A DNA stretch of 44,313 nucleotides from a virus (lineage: Duplodnaviria > Heunggongvirae > Uroviricota > Caudoviricetes). Location of the stretch: the IMG/VR virus record IMGVR_UViG_2740892271_000004; one strand, given 5' to 3'. This document shows, in pieces, positions 1-9,345 of this stretch (the first letter of the stretch is position 1; every line of letters begins with the position of its first letter). Below the pieces are notes generated by a model. The model saw only the letters and a list, made by a program, of their open reading frames with translations. It was not told the DNA's origin and made no database searches. A program made the position numbers and the translations under genes.

Positions 1-140
1 CATTGAGATTTTCTACAATCGTCAGCGTCGTCACTCTCGTCTGGGGAATATCTCCCCGGCAGCCTTCAGGGAAAAATATCATCAGATGGCTGCTTAAAAA
101 AAGAACAAATGGTAGTGTCCGCTATTGCCAGTACACCTCA
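1..140 (+). mobile_element. IS3-family insertion sequence, right-terminal 140 bp (window-truncated); possibly IS600-like
   Basis: Positions 2-97 translate to IEIFYNRQRRHSRLGNISPAAFREKYHQMAA-stop, a typical IS3-family OrfB C-terminus; terminus ...CCTCA at 140; the exact reverse complement of 1-140 recurs at 44174-44313. Element name is a guess from memory. Confidence 0.7.
2..97 (+). pseudogene. IS3-family transposase OrfB, C-terminal 31 codons (5' part outside window)
   Basis: In-frame translation ends with conserved YNRQRRHSRLG motif and stop at 95-97. Confidence 0.65.
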
Positions 141-339
141 GCTATTACCTTCTTCAGAGAGCCCCCAGCTACTTCCTGTGACTCTCGATGCAGCTGCCGA
201 ACAGCCAGAATCGCTCGCAGAGGACCCGAAAACCCTCAGTATCAGCTGTGAGGTAACGTTCCGGCACGGGACGCTCCGCTTCAATGGCAATGTCAGCGAA
301 AAGCTCCTGACTCTGCTGATACAGGAACTGAAGCGATGA
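141..339 (+). pseudogene. IS66-family orf1 (TnpA accessory protein), C-terminal fragment
   Basis: Open frame ending ...RFNGNVSEKLLTLLIQELKR with stop overlapping the orf2 start; N-terminus replaced by IS3 terminal sequence. Confidence 0.5.
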
Positions 340-659
340 TCCCGTTACCTTCCGGGATCAAAATTTGGCTGGTTGCCGGTATCACCGATATGAGAAATGG
401 CTTCAACGGCCTGGCTGCGAAAGTACAGACGGCGCTGAAAGACGATCCCATGTCCGGCCATGTTTTCATTTTCCGGGGCCGCAGCGGCAGTCAGGTTAAA
501 CTGCTGTGGTCCACCAGTGACGGACTGTGCCTCCTGACCAAACGGCTGGAGCGTGGGCGCTTCGCCTGGCCGTCAGCCCGTGATGGCAAAGTGTTCCTTA
601 CACAGGCGCAGCTGGCGATGCTGCTGGAAGGTATCGACTGGCGACATATAACCAGGTGA
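336..659 (+). CDS. tnpB: IS66-family orf2 (TnpB), probably truncated by a few codons at the C-terminus
   Basis: 107 aa, MIPLPSGIKIWLVAGITDMRNGFNGLAAKV...LLEGIDWR is characteristic IS66 TnpB; stop codon TGA 657-659 coincides with the proposed prophage left terminus. Confidence 0.8.
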   Translation: MIPLPSGIKIWLVAGITDMRNGFNGLAAKVQTALKDDPMSGHVFIFRGRSGSQVKLLWSTSDGLCLLTKRLERGRFAWPSARDGKVFLTQAQLAMLLEGIDWRHITR

Positions 660-822
660 ATCATTTGATACCGACAAGGGGTTTAGTGAAAGGAGGTGAA
701 ATCACCTGTAAGATACTGAAATAAAACAGGTGATGGCTAGATGTGCGGATAAGGTCTATTTGATACCGATTGTGCAATAATTAGTCATTTATTATAAAAT
801 CGGCAACTCATTTGATACTGTG
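657..822 (+). repeat. attL: candidate transposase binding sites L1 (661-674), L2 (756-769), L3 (808-820)
   Basis: Direct repeats of TTTGATAC(C/T)G with Mu-like spacing (L1 near terminus, L2/L3 about 95 and 150 bp inward); left terminus begins TG at 657. Confidence 0.6.
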
Positions 823-892
823 GTTTTAGTCTTTTAAGGCGTTCCAAACAATGCGAAATACTCGATATAGTGCAAAATGCGGGCTAATGCTA

Positions 893-1438
893 TTAACCCG
901 CTTTTGGTTCTACCGCGTTAGATTTGCGACTTCTCTCAGTTTCTTCCAAAATCTCTCTGACGCGTTCGTCAGACATACCTTCAAGCTGTAATGCAGCTAT
1001 TCTTTTCCTTCCTTCTAAGCGGATTAGATCTTGATTTTCAGGCTCTAACAACCGAGCTAAGTACTTGGCTCCATTCAGAACCAAATTTTTCGATAGCTGC
1101 TCTAAGTCTTTTTCATCAAGTGCGCTGATAATCGTCATAATTATCTTCTTGCTTTCATCTTGATTTTCCTTGATCTCACACCGATTCACTTGTGATGCAT
1201 CACTGAATCCACATAGCCACTCAACACTTACTCCTTCGATAGACGCAATCTGAAGGGCGACACTTAAGGATGGCTCAGTGCCACGAGACAGATAATTGTT
1301 TAGTGTTGAAAATGAAAGCCCCCAATCTCTTGCTGCAGCTCTGACGCTGCGGGAGCCAATCAGCCTTTTCAGACGCTCAGCAATGCTTTCTTTTCTACCA
1401 CCAGGAAAAGAAAGAGATGTTGTTGTTTGCTTGTTCAT
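893..1438 (-). CDS. c: Mu c-like repressor (HTH DNA-binding)
   Basis: 181 aa, leftward-transcribed first gene as in Mu; HTH-like segment SVRAAARDWGLSFSTLNNYL; SD AGGAAG upstream of ATG at 1438. Confidence 0.75.
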   Translation of the reverse strand: MNKQTTTSLSFPGGRKESIAERLKRLIGSRSVRAAARDWGLSFSTLNNYLSRGTEPSLSVALQIASIEGVSVEWLCGFSDASQVNRCEIKENQDESKKIIMTIISALDEKDLEQLSKNLVLNGAKYLARLLEPENQDLIRLEGRKRIAALQLEGMSDERVREILEETERSRKSNAVEPKAG

Positions 1439-1479
1439 TTTCTTTTCTTCCTATCAATTTGAAATTATTAACTTTTAGT

Positions 1480-1623
1480 GTTGTCAGCAACCATTGATCC
1501 ACAATAGACAAAAGAAAGATGTTTTTTTTGCTTTACATGAAGCAGAAGTGGATCAATACTTATATCAAACTTGATAACTAAGTTTAGTTATCAAATTTCG
1601 TAACTTTTTAGGATAGATGAATC
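1480..1623. promoter_or_regulatory. Divergent early/repressor control region with operator-like inverted repeats
   Basis: 10-bp inverted pair ATTGATCCAC (1493-1502) / GTGGATCAAT (1549-1558); 24-bp palindrome TTGATAACTAA-GT-TTAGTTATCAA (1571-1594); candidate rightward promoter -35 TTTACA 1532-1537 and -10 AATACT 1555-1560 (17 bp spacer). Confidence 0.55.
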
Positions 1624-1854
1624 ATGGCGAGAAATGAAGTTAAGCCTGATTGGCATCCTCAAAGAATTTTGGGGGAAGTCAGAGCCAGAGAAGGAAGCAT
1701 GAGGGCGCTGGCCCGTAAAGCTGGCGTGGGTCAGAACAATCTGTACAACGCGGTATACCGCCATGTTCCCAAGTATGAGGGGATTATCGCGGAATGCCTG
1801 GGGGTGCCGCCCGAGGAGATTTGGCCCAGCCGCTACATTCGTAAGGTCGCGTAA
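1624..1854 (+). CDS. ner: Ner-like DNA-binding early regulator
   Basis: 76 aa; DWHPQRI...NNLYNAV...IIAECLGVPPEEIWPSRY resembles Mu Ner (IIANALETKPEVIWPSRY); position immediately before transposase. Confidence 0.85.
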   Translation: MARNEVKPDWHPQRILGEVRAREGSMRALARKAGVGQNNLYNAVYRHVPKYEGIIAECLGVPPEEIWPSRYIRKVA

Positions 1855-1856
1855 TT

Positions 1857-3944
1857 ATGTTTGCTTCAGTTAAAGAACTGGTTGGATTACCGGGGATGCC
1901 GGGAACGGAGCAAGGCGTTCGCTATTCAATCAGGAAGTATGCAACCAGCGAAACCAGCAGACGCCGCAAGAAAGGCGCTAAAGGTTTTGAATACAGCATT
2001 GACTGTTTACCTGAAGTGACACAGCAGGCATTACGCGAACGTTATGCCCTGCAACTGATGACGCAAAAAGCCGATGAATCACCGGCTCCGGTGGTGACAA
2101 AGGCCAGACGCTCGTCTGCCGTGGTTGATGCGGTGGAGGCATATCGCGGATCACCACAACTGATGGTCGAACGCCTCAATGCCCTGACTGAAAACCAGCG
2201 CCAGGTGGCAGACGCACGCATTGCGATCGTCAGTGAGGTGCTGAAATTCACGCAACAACCCGGTTTCAGCTGCGCTAAAGCTATCCGGTTCCTCGTTAAC
2301 AGCCTGGCACGATCACAACTGGACGAGCGCATTGTGGCAATGGTTGAGACGGCGAACGCCAAAAAGGGAAACAGCCGCGCGTTGAGTGAAATCACGCTGA
2401 AACGCTGGATTGCGGCCTTTAACAAGGCACAGAACGCCGCTGAACGCCTGCTTTTACTGGCACCGGGTAAACGCCAGGAAATAAAAGCCGAAGATATTAA
2501 CTGGCTGCCCGAATTTCTGGCGCAGTATCGCCAGTCAAACGGCCGACCAATGACCGAGGCTTACGAGGATTTTGTTGCTGAATGGCAGCACCGGCACGCT
2601 GATGAGCCTTATATGCTCGATATCATGCCCTCTTATGACACCATTCGCCGCGCAATGAAGAAACTGCCGGAAGTGGTGAAACAAAAAGGCCGGGTAACTG
2701 GCAGTGAATACCGTCAGCTTGAGGGATTCACGCGCCGCGACTGGTCCAGAATGCCGGTGAATTATGTCTGGATTGGTGACGGTCACGGCATGAAGCTGAA
2801 ATGCGCGCACCCGGTTCACGGGCGGCCATTCGCACCGGAAGTGACCTTTGTTATCGACGGTGGCACGCGCTTTGTGGTGGGCTGGAGCCTTGACCTGGCT
2901 GAAAATGTTTTCGCCGTAGCCGGTGCCATACAGCACGGTATTCGCCATCATGGCAAACCGTTTCTGTATTACTCGGATAATGGCTCCGGGGAAACCGCCG
3001 ACGTCCTGGATAAGGAGATTGTGGGGATACTGCCACGACTGGGGATTAATCACCCGACAGGGATTGCCGGTAATCCGCAGGGACGGGGCATTATCGAACG
3101 GCTTAACCGCACATTACCGATGCGCATAGCCCGTAAATACCGCACCTATTTCGGGAAAGGAGCAGATCGCGAGACGTTACGTAAAACCAACCGCGATTTA
3201 CGCTCGGCATTCAGTGCCCTGCAACAGGGCAAACGGCTGAACGCCCGGCAGCAGTCAGCGATGCGTGATTTACCGTCCTGGTCTGAACTGATTGATGCCA
3301 TTCGTGACGGTGTTGAGTGGTACAACAACCGGCCGCACGATGAATTACCCATGAAGCCGAACGGTAAACATTACAGCCCGGCGGAGTTCAGAAAAAAACG
3401 CCTGGCGGAAGAGGACACGGAAATTGAATGGCTGTCCGATGTTGAACTGCGGGATATGTTCCGGCCGATGGTGGAGCGCCCTGTAAGACGCTGTGAAATA
3501 CGCTGGCTGAATAATATTTACTACGCGCCCGAGCTGCGTGACGAGCATGGCCGTAAGGTACTTATCAGCTATGACATTCATGATGCCGAACGAATTACCG
3601 TGCGCCGCCCGGATGGCAGCGTGATTTGCGAGGCGGTATGGGACGGCAATAAACGCGAAGCCTTCCCTGTCAGCGCGGAATACTACAAACAGCAGCAGCG
3701 CCTTAAAGGCATGCGTAAACGCGCAGAGGAAAAAATCCGTGATGCCGAGGATGAGGTTGTCAACGTGCTGGAGCACAAGCCGCAGGAGCCCTGGCTGGAA
3801 AACATATACCGCCCTGTGGGTAATACGGTGACCGTTCAGCAACCGGTCGCTGACGATGAACCTGATGAAGAATACGAGCGTAATTTCCAGCGGGGATTGC
3901 AACTGCTCGAAGCGAAATTAAAAGAAAGTGATCCGCTGGCCTGA
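1857..3944 (+). CDS. A: MuA-like DDE transposase
   Basis: 695 aa, third gene from left end as in Mu; size and position match MuA. Confidence 0.9.
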   Translation: MFASVKELVGLPGMPGTEQGVRYSIRKYATSETSRRRKKGAKGFEYSIDCLPEVTQQALRERYALQLMTQKADESPAPVVTKARRSSAVVDAVEAYRGSPQLMVERLNALTENQRQVADARIAIVSEVLKFTQQPGFSCAKAIRFLVNSLARSQLDERIVAMVETANAKKGNSRALSEITLKRWIAAFNKAQNAAERLLLLAPGKRQEIKAEDINWLPEFLAQYRQSNGRPMTEAYEDFVAEWQHRHADEPYMLDIMPSYDTIRRAMKKLPEVVKQKGRVTGSEYRQLEGFTRRDWSRMPVNYVWIGDGHGMKLKCAHPVHGRPFAPEVTFVIDGGTRFVVGWSLDLAENVFAVAGAIQHGIRHHGKPFLYYSDNGSGETADVLDKEIVGILPRLGINHPTGIAGNPQGRGIIERLNRTLPMRIARKYRTYFGKGADRETLRKTNRDLRSAFSALQQGKRLNARQQSAMRDLPSWSELIDAIRDGVEWYNNRPHDELPMKPNGKHYSPAEFRKKRLAEEDTEIEWLSDVELRDMFRPMVERPVRRCEIRWLNNIYYAPELRDEHGRKVLISYDIHDAERITVRRPDGSVICEAVWDGNKREAFPVSAEYYKQQQRLKGMRKRAEEKIRDAEDEVVNVLEHKPQEPWLENIYRPVGNTVTVQQPVADDEPDEEYERNFQRGLQLLEAKLKESDPLA

Positions 3945-4017
3945 AATAAAAAAATAACCCGAGGGGTGACTCAGGTTATTTGAGGTTTCAGTCTCGGAGA
4001 ATGCTGTCTCAAGCGAG

Positions 4018-4959
4018 GTGAATAATATGACCGATATTAACGATGTAATCAAGACCATTGATGAACTTATTGATGGCGGCGTACTGACGCAGTATGCCAT
4101 CGCCAGAGAGGCGGGAATTTCCGACGGCACATTATCGGCTTTCCGTAAGGGAAAATATAAAGGCGATAACGCTGCTGTGGCTGCTTCCCTGCGCTCCTGG
4201 TATGAGAACTGGAATAAACAAAGCGCACTGCCGGAACCGCCGCAGTTTGTGGAAACTCAGACAGTCCAGGAGCTGCGCGCACTGTTTCAGGCGGTTCGCC
4301 TGATGGGCTGTATTAACGTTATTGTGGGCGTACCGGGTGTGGGTAAAACGGCCACTGCCCGTAATTACTGCCAGGAGCAACCAAACACCTGGATGATCAC
4401 CCTGTCACCCGCGCACTCCAGCGTCACGGAGTGTCTGCTGGAGCTGGCCGATGCGCTGGGGATTGATTACACCCGCGCGAACAAAGGGGCATTATCCCGC
4501 GCCATCCGCCGTCGCCTGATGGGAACGCGTGGACTGGTGATTGTGGATGAGGCGGATCATCTTGGTATTGACGGTCTGGAGCAACTCCGGGCAATTCAGG
4601 ACGCCACGGGGATCGGGATGGTGCTTATTGGTAACCCGCGCGGATTGTTTAAAGGTGGACGCCGCGCCTTTGATGATTTATCGCGCCTGTTCAGCCGTCT
4701 TGCCCGTACAAAACAACTTCGCAAGGCCAAAAAGGCGGATGTGCTGGCCATTGCCATGGCGTGGGGGATCAGTGGTGAGGCCGAGCTGGCCGTCATGCAG
4801 GCTATCGCTGAAAAGCCGGGAGCGTTACGCGTTCTGACACATACGCTTAACCAGGCGTGGCTCACCGCCAGCGGTGAAGGCGCGGCGCTGACAGAAAAAC
4901 ATATTAATGCGGCCTTTAAAGAGGTTTATACCAACCCTGAATTACTCTCACAGGTGTGA
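4018..4959 (+). CDS. B: MuB-like AAA+ ATPase, transposition target-DNA activator
   Basis: 313 aa; Walker A GVPGVGKT and Walker B LVIVDEADHL; follows A. Confidence 0.9.
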   Translation: MNNMTDINDVIKTIDELIDGGVLTQYAIAREAGISDGTLSAFRKGKYKGDNAAVAASLRSWYENWNKQSALPEPPQFVETQTVQELRALFQAVRLMGCINVIVGVPGVGKTATARNYCQEQPNTWMITLSPAHSSVTECLLELADALGIDYTRANKGALSRAIRRRLMGTRGLVIVDEADHLGIDGLEQLRAIQDATGIGMVLIGNPRGLFKGGRRAFDDLSRLFSRLARTKQLRKAKKADVLAIAMAWGISGEAELAVMQAIAEKPGALRVLTHTLNQAWLTASGEGAALTEKHINAAFKEVYTNPELLSQV

Positions 4960-5183
4960 TTATGGCGGTATTTAATATTCCTGATATTTACGGACGCTTT
5001 TACCTGGTTAATTTCGATAACGTGAAGGTGATTTCACTGGCCGAAAATAAAGAATGTGGCGATTTACTTTTTGAATTTAATGACCGCACACGAATGGTGA
5101 TATCTGCCGGACTTGATCGCGAAGGTGCGACAGAAGTTTACAGCGGAATATGCCGTTCTGTTGGTGCGAAACAAGTCAGCTAA
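4956..5183 (+). CDS. Hypothetical early protein (Mu kil-region position)
   Basis: 75 aa, ATGA overlap with B stop; function not inferable. Confidence 0.5.
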   Translation: MIMAVFNIPDIYGRFYLVNFDNVKVISLAENKECGDLLFEFNDRTRMVISAGLDREGATEVYSGICRSVGAKQVS

Positions 5184-5195
5184 ATGAGGTGTTAT

Positions 5196-5450
5196 ATGAA
5201 TATGCAATCCTGCGGTAACAAAATGAATTTATTCGACTCCCTGAACAGCGCGCGCCGTCTGACCGAACTTGCCGGTGCGGTACTGGAACGCAGTAAGCGC
5301 TATCCGCAACGTTTTGCACTGAAAACCACGCCGCCGGTAGGCAACGTGCAGGGAACCGGTGAAATTGAAATCACCATACAGACCAACGGCCTGCGCCGCC
5401 GTGTGAAGGCCACCCGCATCAGCGGCTGCACGGTTTACTGGGAGGTGTGA
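5196..5450 (+). CDS. Hypothetical early protein
   Basis: ORF track 5184-5450; ATG 5196 or 5202 preferred after AGGTG at 5187-5191. Confidence 0.45.
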   Translation: MNMQSCGNKMNLFDSLNSARRLTELAGAVLERSKRYPQRFALKTTPPVGNVQGTGEIEITIQTNGLRRRVKATRISGCTVYWEV

Positions 5451-5451
5451 G

Positions 5452-5733
5452 GTGAAAAAAAATCTCATTGCATGGGCGTGGTCGAGTGGTCTTATTGAGT
5501 TTGGTTACGTCCTGCCGGAAGGTGCATTGCCGATAGTTGCCGGAAAGCCTGCCACGGTACGGCATGTGATTGAGGTTATGGCGCGTCATGGACGTGATGA
5601 ACAGGAGCAGTTACTGGTTCCGGGGATACCGGAAGCGGTGACGGAGGAAGAAGCCTTTAATGCCATGATTCGGTTCTGCCGTGAGGTTAGACGCCGGGTC
5701 AGTTATCCAAACAGAACGAGGACCAGAGGATGA
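5452..5733 (+). CDS. Hypothetical early protein
   Basis: 93 aa, GTG start 6 nt after GGAGG (5441-5445). Confidence 0.5.
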   Translation: MKKNLIAWAWSSGLIEFGYVLPEGALPIVAGKPATVRHVIEVMARHGRDEQEQLLVPGIPEAVTEEEAFNAMIRFCREVRRRVSYPNRTRTRG

Positions 5734-6002
5734 GTAAAGTCGTACGCATTATTTTCGAATACAAGGAAGATGTTATCTGCAAAAACTCTGATGGCAGCAC
5801 GCACAGAGGGGTAAGTCTGGATATACGTTCAACCGGAATAAAGAAGAAAGATAATGGACCCGCCATGATTTTTGGGGTGGTTATGCTGGCAGAAAGCAGA
5901 AACTTCGCAGAGTTTGTGGCAATGAAAGCCAGTGCATTCATGAAAGACAGAGGCATGGCTTCCGGGGTTATTAACGGTAATGAATTTAATCAACAGGGGT
6001 AA
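5730..6002 (+). CDS. Hypothetical early protein (paralog 1, MSKVVRIIFEY...)
   Basis: 90 aa, ATGA overlap with upstream stop; AT-rich; N-terminus shared with the next ORF. Confidence 0.5.
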   Translation: MSKVVRIIFEYKEDVICKNSDGSTHRGVSLDIRSTGIKKKDNGPAMIFGVVMLAESRNFAEFVAMKASAFMKDRGMASGVINGNEFNQQG

Positions 6003-6006
6003 TTCC

Positions 6007-6300
6007 ATGAGCAAAGTACGCGTTATTTTTGAATTTAATCATGTTTCGCATGACGAAAAGTTGGCAGGCAATGACTGTGTTGAAGTGCATGAAAAGATTG
6101 GAGTGGATGTGAAAACAGAACGTGATACGGATAACAGGCCGACGTCACTCTGTGACGTTTATGCAAGTATTCTCCAGTATCACAGTCCTGCAATTATTCA
6201 GTTTCTCTCAGCGGAATTTCAGGCATCTGCACAGTCTTTTGGAGCGGATGCCATCATTAAACGCCACCGCGTGCATAAAGCATCAGGCACACTGCAATAA
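6007..6300 (+). CDS. Hypothetical early protein (paralog 2, MSKVRVIFEF...)
   Basis: 97 aa from ATG 6007 preceded by AGGGG; N-terminus MSKVRVIFEF parallels the preceding ORF. Confidence 0.5.
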   Translation: MSKVRVIFEFNHVSHDEKLAGNDCVEVHEKIGVDVKTERDTDNRPTSLCDVYASILQYHSPAIIQFLSAEFQASAQSFGADAIIKRHRVHKASGTLQ

Positions 6301-6311
6301 GGAAAAACAAA

Positions 6312-6842
6312 ATGGCTAAACGCGTTACAAAATTAAAGGCCGCAGCCGAGGCGGCACCGCAGACCCGGGAAGAAGTCAGCCGTGATATCCGCACCCTGGG
6401 AGATATTCAGCGAGAGGCGCTGCGCCTGGAAACGGCGATGAATGACGAAGTGGCAGAAATCACCGCCCGTTATACGCCGCAGATTGAAAATCTTAAAAAG
6501 CAAATCAAAGTGCTTTTTAAAGGGATTCAGGACTGGTGCAAAACCAACCGTGATGAGCTGACGAACGGCGGCAAAACCAAAACAGCCAATCTGACCACCG
6601 GAACGGTGTCATGGCGGCTGGGAACGCCATCATGCAGCGTCAGCCGTGATGTGGAAGGTGTGATTGAAATGCTGCGCCGTATGGGGCTTGAGCGTTTCAT
6701 CCGCACGAAAGAGGAAGTGAACAAGGAAGCCGTCCTGGCGGAGCCGGATGCTGTGAAAGGCATTGCCGGTATCAAGGTGAATAAAGGCGCTGAAAGTTTT
6801 TATGTCGAGCCTTTTGAACAGGACGCCGGACTGAATAAATAA
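6312..6842 (+). CDS. gam: Gam, host-nuclease inhibitor / DNA end-binding protein
   Basis: 176 aa; DIQREALRLETAMNDEVAEIT...NRDELTNGGKTKTANLTTGTVSWR...FIRTKEEVNKEA closely parallels Mu Gam. Confidence 0.9.
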   Translation: MAKRVTKLKAAAEAAPQTREEVSRDIRTLGDIQREALRLETAMNDEVAEITARYTPQIENLKKQIKVLFKGIQDWCKTNRDELTNGGKTKTANLTTGTVSWRLGTPSCSVSRDVEGVIEMLRRMGLERFIRTKEEVNKEAVLAEPDAVKGIAGIKVNKGAESFYVEPFEQDAGLNK

Positions 6843-6987
6843 CACCGCATTAATCAATTAAATATCACTTCATTTTAATTATGGCGCTCGCGTCAGGGGA
6901 CTGCTTGCGCCTGAAAACAGAAAATAAGGGTTAAGAAATATGAAATACGTTTATATCGTCATTAATAATGTGGTGGGGAAATAAATC

Positions 6988-7521
6988 ATGATTGATGCAA
7001 AAGTGCTTGAAGGGGTTAAAAACTGGCTGTGTATTTATGGCCGCCTGACCTGCGGTGTACTGGCTGAAAAAATGAATATGCCGCCATCCTCCATGGTTTA
7101 TTTTCTGCGTGATGCGGTTGATGCAGGCGTGCTGACGGAATGTAACGGTTTTTATGATATTCCGCGTCCCCGCCCGGTGCAGCCGGTTCGTCGCAAATGC
7201 AGCCAGGAATCTGCGGCTGATGATGTTCAGTGGTGCGGCTTCAGAAAATCCCTGCCATGGATTGAGGGGCATGATATTCCGTCGATGGCGTGGGAATTTG
7301 CTCAGGGCGTTCTGACCTGTGAAACCGTTTATGTGGTGGCTGAAGTTGATGAGCAGGCCATGAAAGAAGGCGTGCCCCAGTTTGTGATGGCGTATATCGA
7401 CATACGCCTGGGCGTCATTATCTGCGGTTTAAGCGGCTGGAATATCACTGAACATGTTCTGCGCTACCTGATTGTTGACCGGACAGCAGCGCCTGCCGGG
7501 ATATCTGCGGAGGTGGCGTAA
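6988..7521 (+). CDS. Hypothetical early protein, possible N-terminal winged-helix
   Basis: 177 aa; no recognisable catalytic motif. Confidence 0.45.
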   Translation: MIDAKVLEGVKNWLCIYGRLTCGVLAEKMNMPPSSMVYFLRDAVDAGVLTECNGFYDIPRPRPVQPVRRKCSQESAADDVQWCGFRKSLPWIEGHDIPSMAWEFAQGVLTCETVYVVAEVDEQAMKEGVPQFVMAYIDIRLGVIICGLSGWNITEHVLRYLIVDRTAAPAGISAEVA

Positions 7522-8036
7522 TGTTCTTTAAAACATCAAACCCTTCCGCGCTGGCTGCGTGGCAAAAATACCAGCAGGACTGCCAGAAAGTTAAGGATGA
7601 GGCAAAACGCCTTGAGGCCGTGCTGAATGTTGCGTGCCGGTCGGTATTTGTATCCGGTATCAGTGGATTTTACTTTAAGGGACTGCGTTTTACGGAGGAC
7701 AAATATCCTTTTCATCGCGACTTATGGCGAAAACCGACTGCGTCGAATGGCTGGAGCTGCACACCGCGCACATCACGTATCCCTAAAACCCTGCGTGTTG
7801 CCTCTGATGAACTGAACAGTCTGTGGCGTGAATATTCGCCCGTCACGTATGCCAGAACCGATGCGCTGTTGTTCTGGTTGGGTATTGATTTCTCGGCAAT
7901 CCTGTTTGGCCCTGTGAAGTGGTTCTGCGTTGACGATGTGATTTACCTTCAGTGCGGCGTAAAACCCGCAAAACAGAAAATGACCGAAATACTGTCTGAT
8001 GAGTTTTATGCTGCTGAAAAGCGAGTCAGGGGGTGA
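7521..8036 (+). CDS. Hypothetical early protein
   Basis: 171 aa, TAATG overlap with upstream gene. Confidence 0.45.
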   Translation: MFFKTSNPSALAAWQKYQQDCQKVKDEAKRLEAVLNVACRSVFVSGISGFYFKGLRFTEDKYPFHRDLWRKPTASNGWSCTPRTSRIPKTLRVASDELNSLWREYSPVTYARTDALLFWLGIDFSAILFGPVKWFCVDDVIYLQCGVKPAKQKMTEILSDEFYAAEKRVRG

Positions 8037-8039
8037 TGC

Positions 8040-8591
8040 ATGATGAAATTACAACCCATGGGACTAAAAGGTCGCGCCCCCGCTCATGTCCGTCCGTGGA
8101 CACCTGAAGAAGATGCGCTGCTGATTGCGCTTTATTCATCCACCCCGGTTAAGGATATTGCTGCCAGAATAAAAAGAACTGTCTGGGCTGTATATAACCG
8201 GACTGGTGTATTGCGCAGTTCATACCCGGAGTTACTGAAATATAAACACCCAAGATTTACACCTGATGAAGATAAGTTTATTCGAAAAAATGCCAGAACA
8301 ATGACCTGCCAGCAAATGGGAGAATATCTCGGACGTAATAAAGATTCTGTCAGATGTCGGGCAGGAATGATTGGTGCTGGATTAACAAAGTGCGGAGAGT
8401 TACGCCCCGGCACGCGCATATCTGATGATGATGTACGTCTTATACGTGAGCTGCGTGATTCCGATTACCCACGCCGTCTGTCATTCCGGGAAATTGGCGA
8501 AAAGTTTGGAATATCTGAACATTCTGCTCACGCAGTTTATTACCGTCGCCGGACTGCCGAGGACGCTGTATTACGGGAGTTAACGCCATGA
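8040..8591 (+). CDS. Hypothetical DNA-binding protein with three HTH/Myb-like repeats
   Basis: 183 aa; three repeated modules WTPEEDALLIALY..., FTPDEDKFIRKNA..., ISDDDVRLIRELR...FREIGEKFGISEHSAHAVYYRRR. Confidence 0.5.
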   Translation: MMKLQPMGLKGRAPAHVRPWTPEEDALLIALYSSTPVKDIAARIKRTVWAVYNRTGVLRSSYPELLKYKHPRFTPDEDKFIRKNARTMTCQQMGEYLGRNKDSVRCRAGMIGAGLTKCGELRPGTRISDDDVRLIRELRDSDYPRRLSFREIGEKFGISEHSAHAVYYRRRTAEDAVLRELTP

Positions 8592-8920
8592 TAACGACCT
8601 TATTTGTTGAATCAGATGAACCTCTTGTGTGTGCCGCCGGAATGCCGCTCTGTGGCGGAACGCTGACCGGCGTTTATTTCGGGGATTTGCGCGGTTATCC
8701 CTGGCATTCACTGGATGACGCATTTCCGCCTGATATGGAGGCTGTCGTGCTGATTGTTCAGTATGGTGACCAACAGGAACTGCGCATCGGCCATATGGGG
8801 TATGAAGGCTTTTTTATTGATGAAGAAACCGGAGCCTGCCTTGAAGATGAGGACGGACAGGTGACGCACTGGTGCCATCTTTCGGCCTTGCCGGAATTAC
8901 AGGGGATACATAATGGATGA
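8588..8920 (+). CDS. Hypothetical early protein, acidic
   Basis: 110 aa, ATGA overlap with upstream gene. Confidence 0.45.
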   Translation: MITTLFVESDEPLVCAAGMPLCGGTLTGVYFGDLRGYPWHSLDDAFPPDMEAVVLIVQYGDQQELRIGHMGYEGFFIDEETGACLEDEDGQVTHWCHLSALPELQGIHNG

Positions 8921-9056
8921 GCAAATTGTTGAATGTCCCACCTGTGGAAATGAGGACCCGGAGTATCTGAAAGAGTGCCCACATTGTGGTGAGATAAAAT
9001 GTAACCACTGCGATATGGGCGACGACACTGCATGTATAAATTGTGAGGATGAATAA
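8913..9056 (+). CDS. Small zinc-ribbon protein (four CxxC motifs)
   Basis: 47 aa MDEQIVECPTCGNEDPEYLKECPHCGEIKCNHCDMGDDTACINCEDE, below the ORF-track size cutoff; start overlaps upstream stop. Confidence 0.5.
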   Translation: MDEQIVECPTCGNEDPEYLKECPHCGEIKCNHCDMGDDTACINCEDE

Positions 9057-9057
9057 T

Positions 9058-9345
9058 ATGGAAAAAGAAATCAAATTTGCGCCTAAATCTATCGACGAAG
9101 AACTGGCTAAAATCGGCATGCTTGAACGTATGCGGGACATTATCGAATATGCGATAAAAGAAAATCTTGCAGCCAGAGAAGCCCTTTTGATAATGGAGCG
9201 GGAGATTAACCTGATTAAGGATGCTGTATCTCTGGATAATAAAATAGCCCGCGAGGAATACGTTCGCCGTAGGCTCGGTGTTGATGGTTCAGCAATTCTT
9301 ACATCTGAACATTATGCAAAAATTTTTAATCTTTTTCAGCGGTAA
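9058..9345 (+). CDS. Hypothetical helical protein, AT-rich
   Basis: 95 aa from ATG 9058 (ORF track 9043-9345). Confidence 0.45.
   Translation: MEKEIKFAPKSIDEELAKIGMLERMRDIIEYAIKENLAAREALLIMEREINLIKDAVSLDNKIAREEYVRRRLGVDGSAILTSEHYAKIFNLFQR

Larger units (their letters stand above)
141..659 (+). mobile_element. IS66-family element, left portion (orf1 fragment + orf2), cut on the left by the IS3 end and on the right by the Mu-like prophage
   Basis: orf1/orf2 ATGA overlap at 336-339 typical of IS66 family; matching IS66 TnpC C-terminal fragment and IS66-type terminal repeat resume at 39310-39865. Confidence 0.7.

Noticed and set aside
2535-3902. Minus-strand ORFs of 172 and 185 aa inside the transposase gene
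   Set aside because: Antisense to the MuA-like gene; no independent support.
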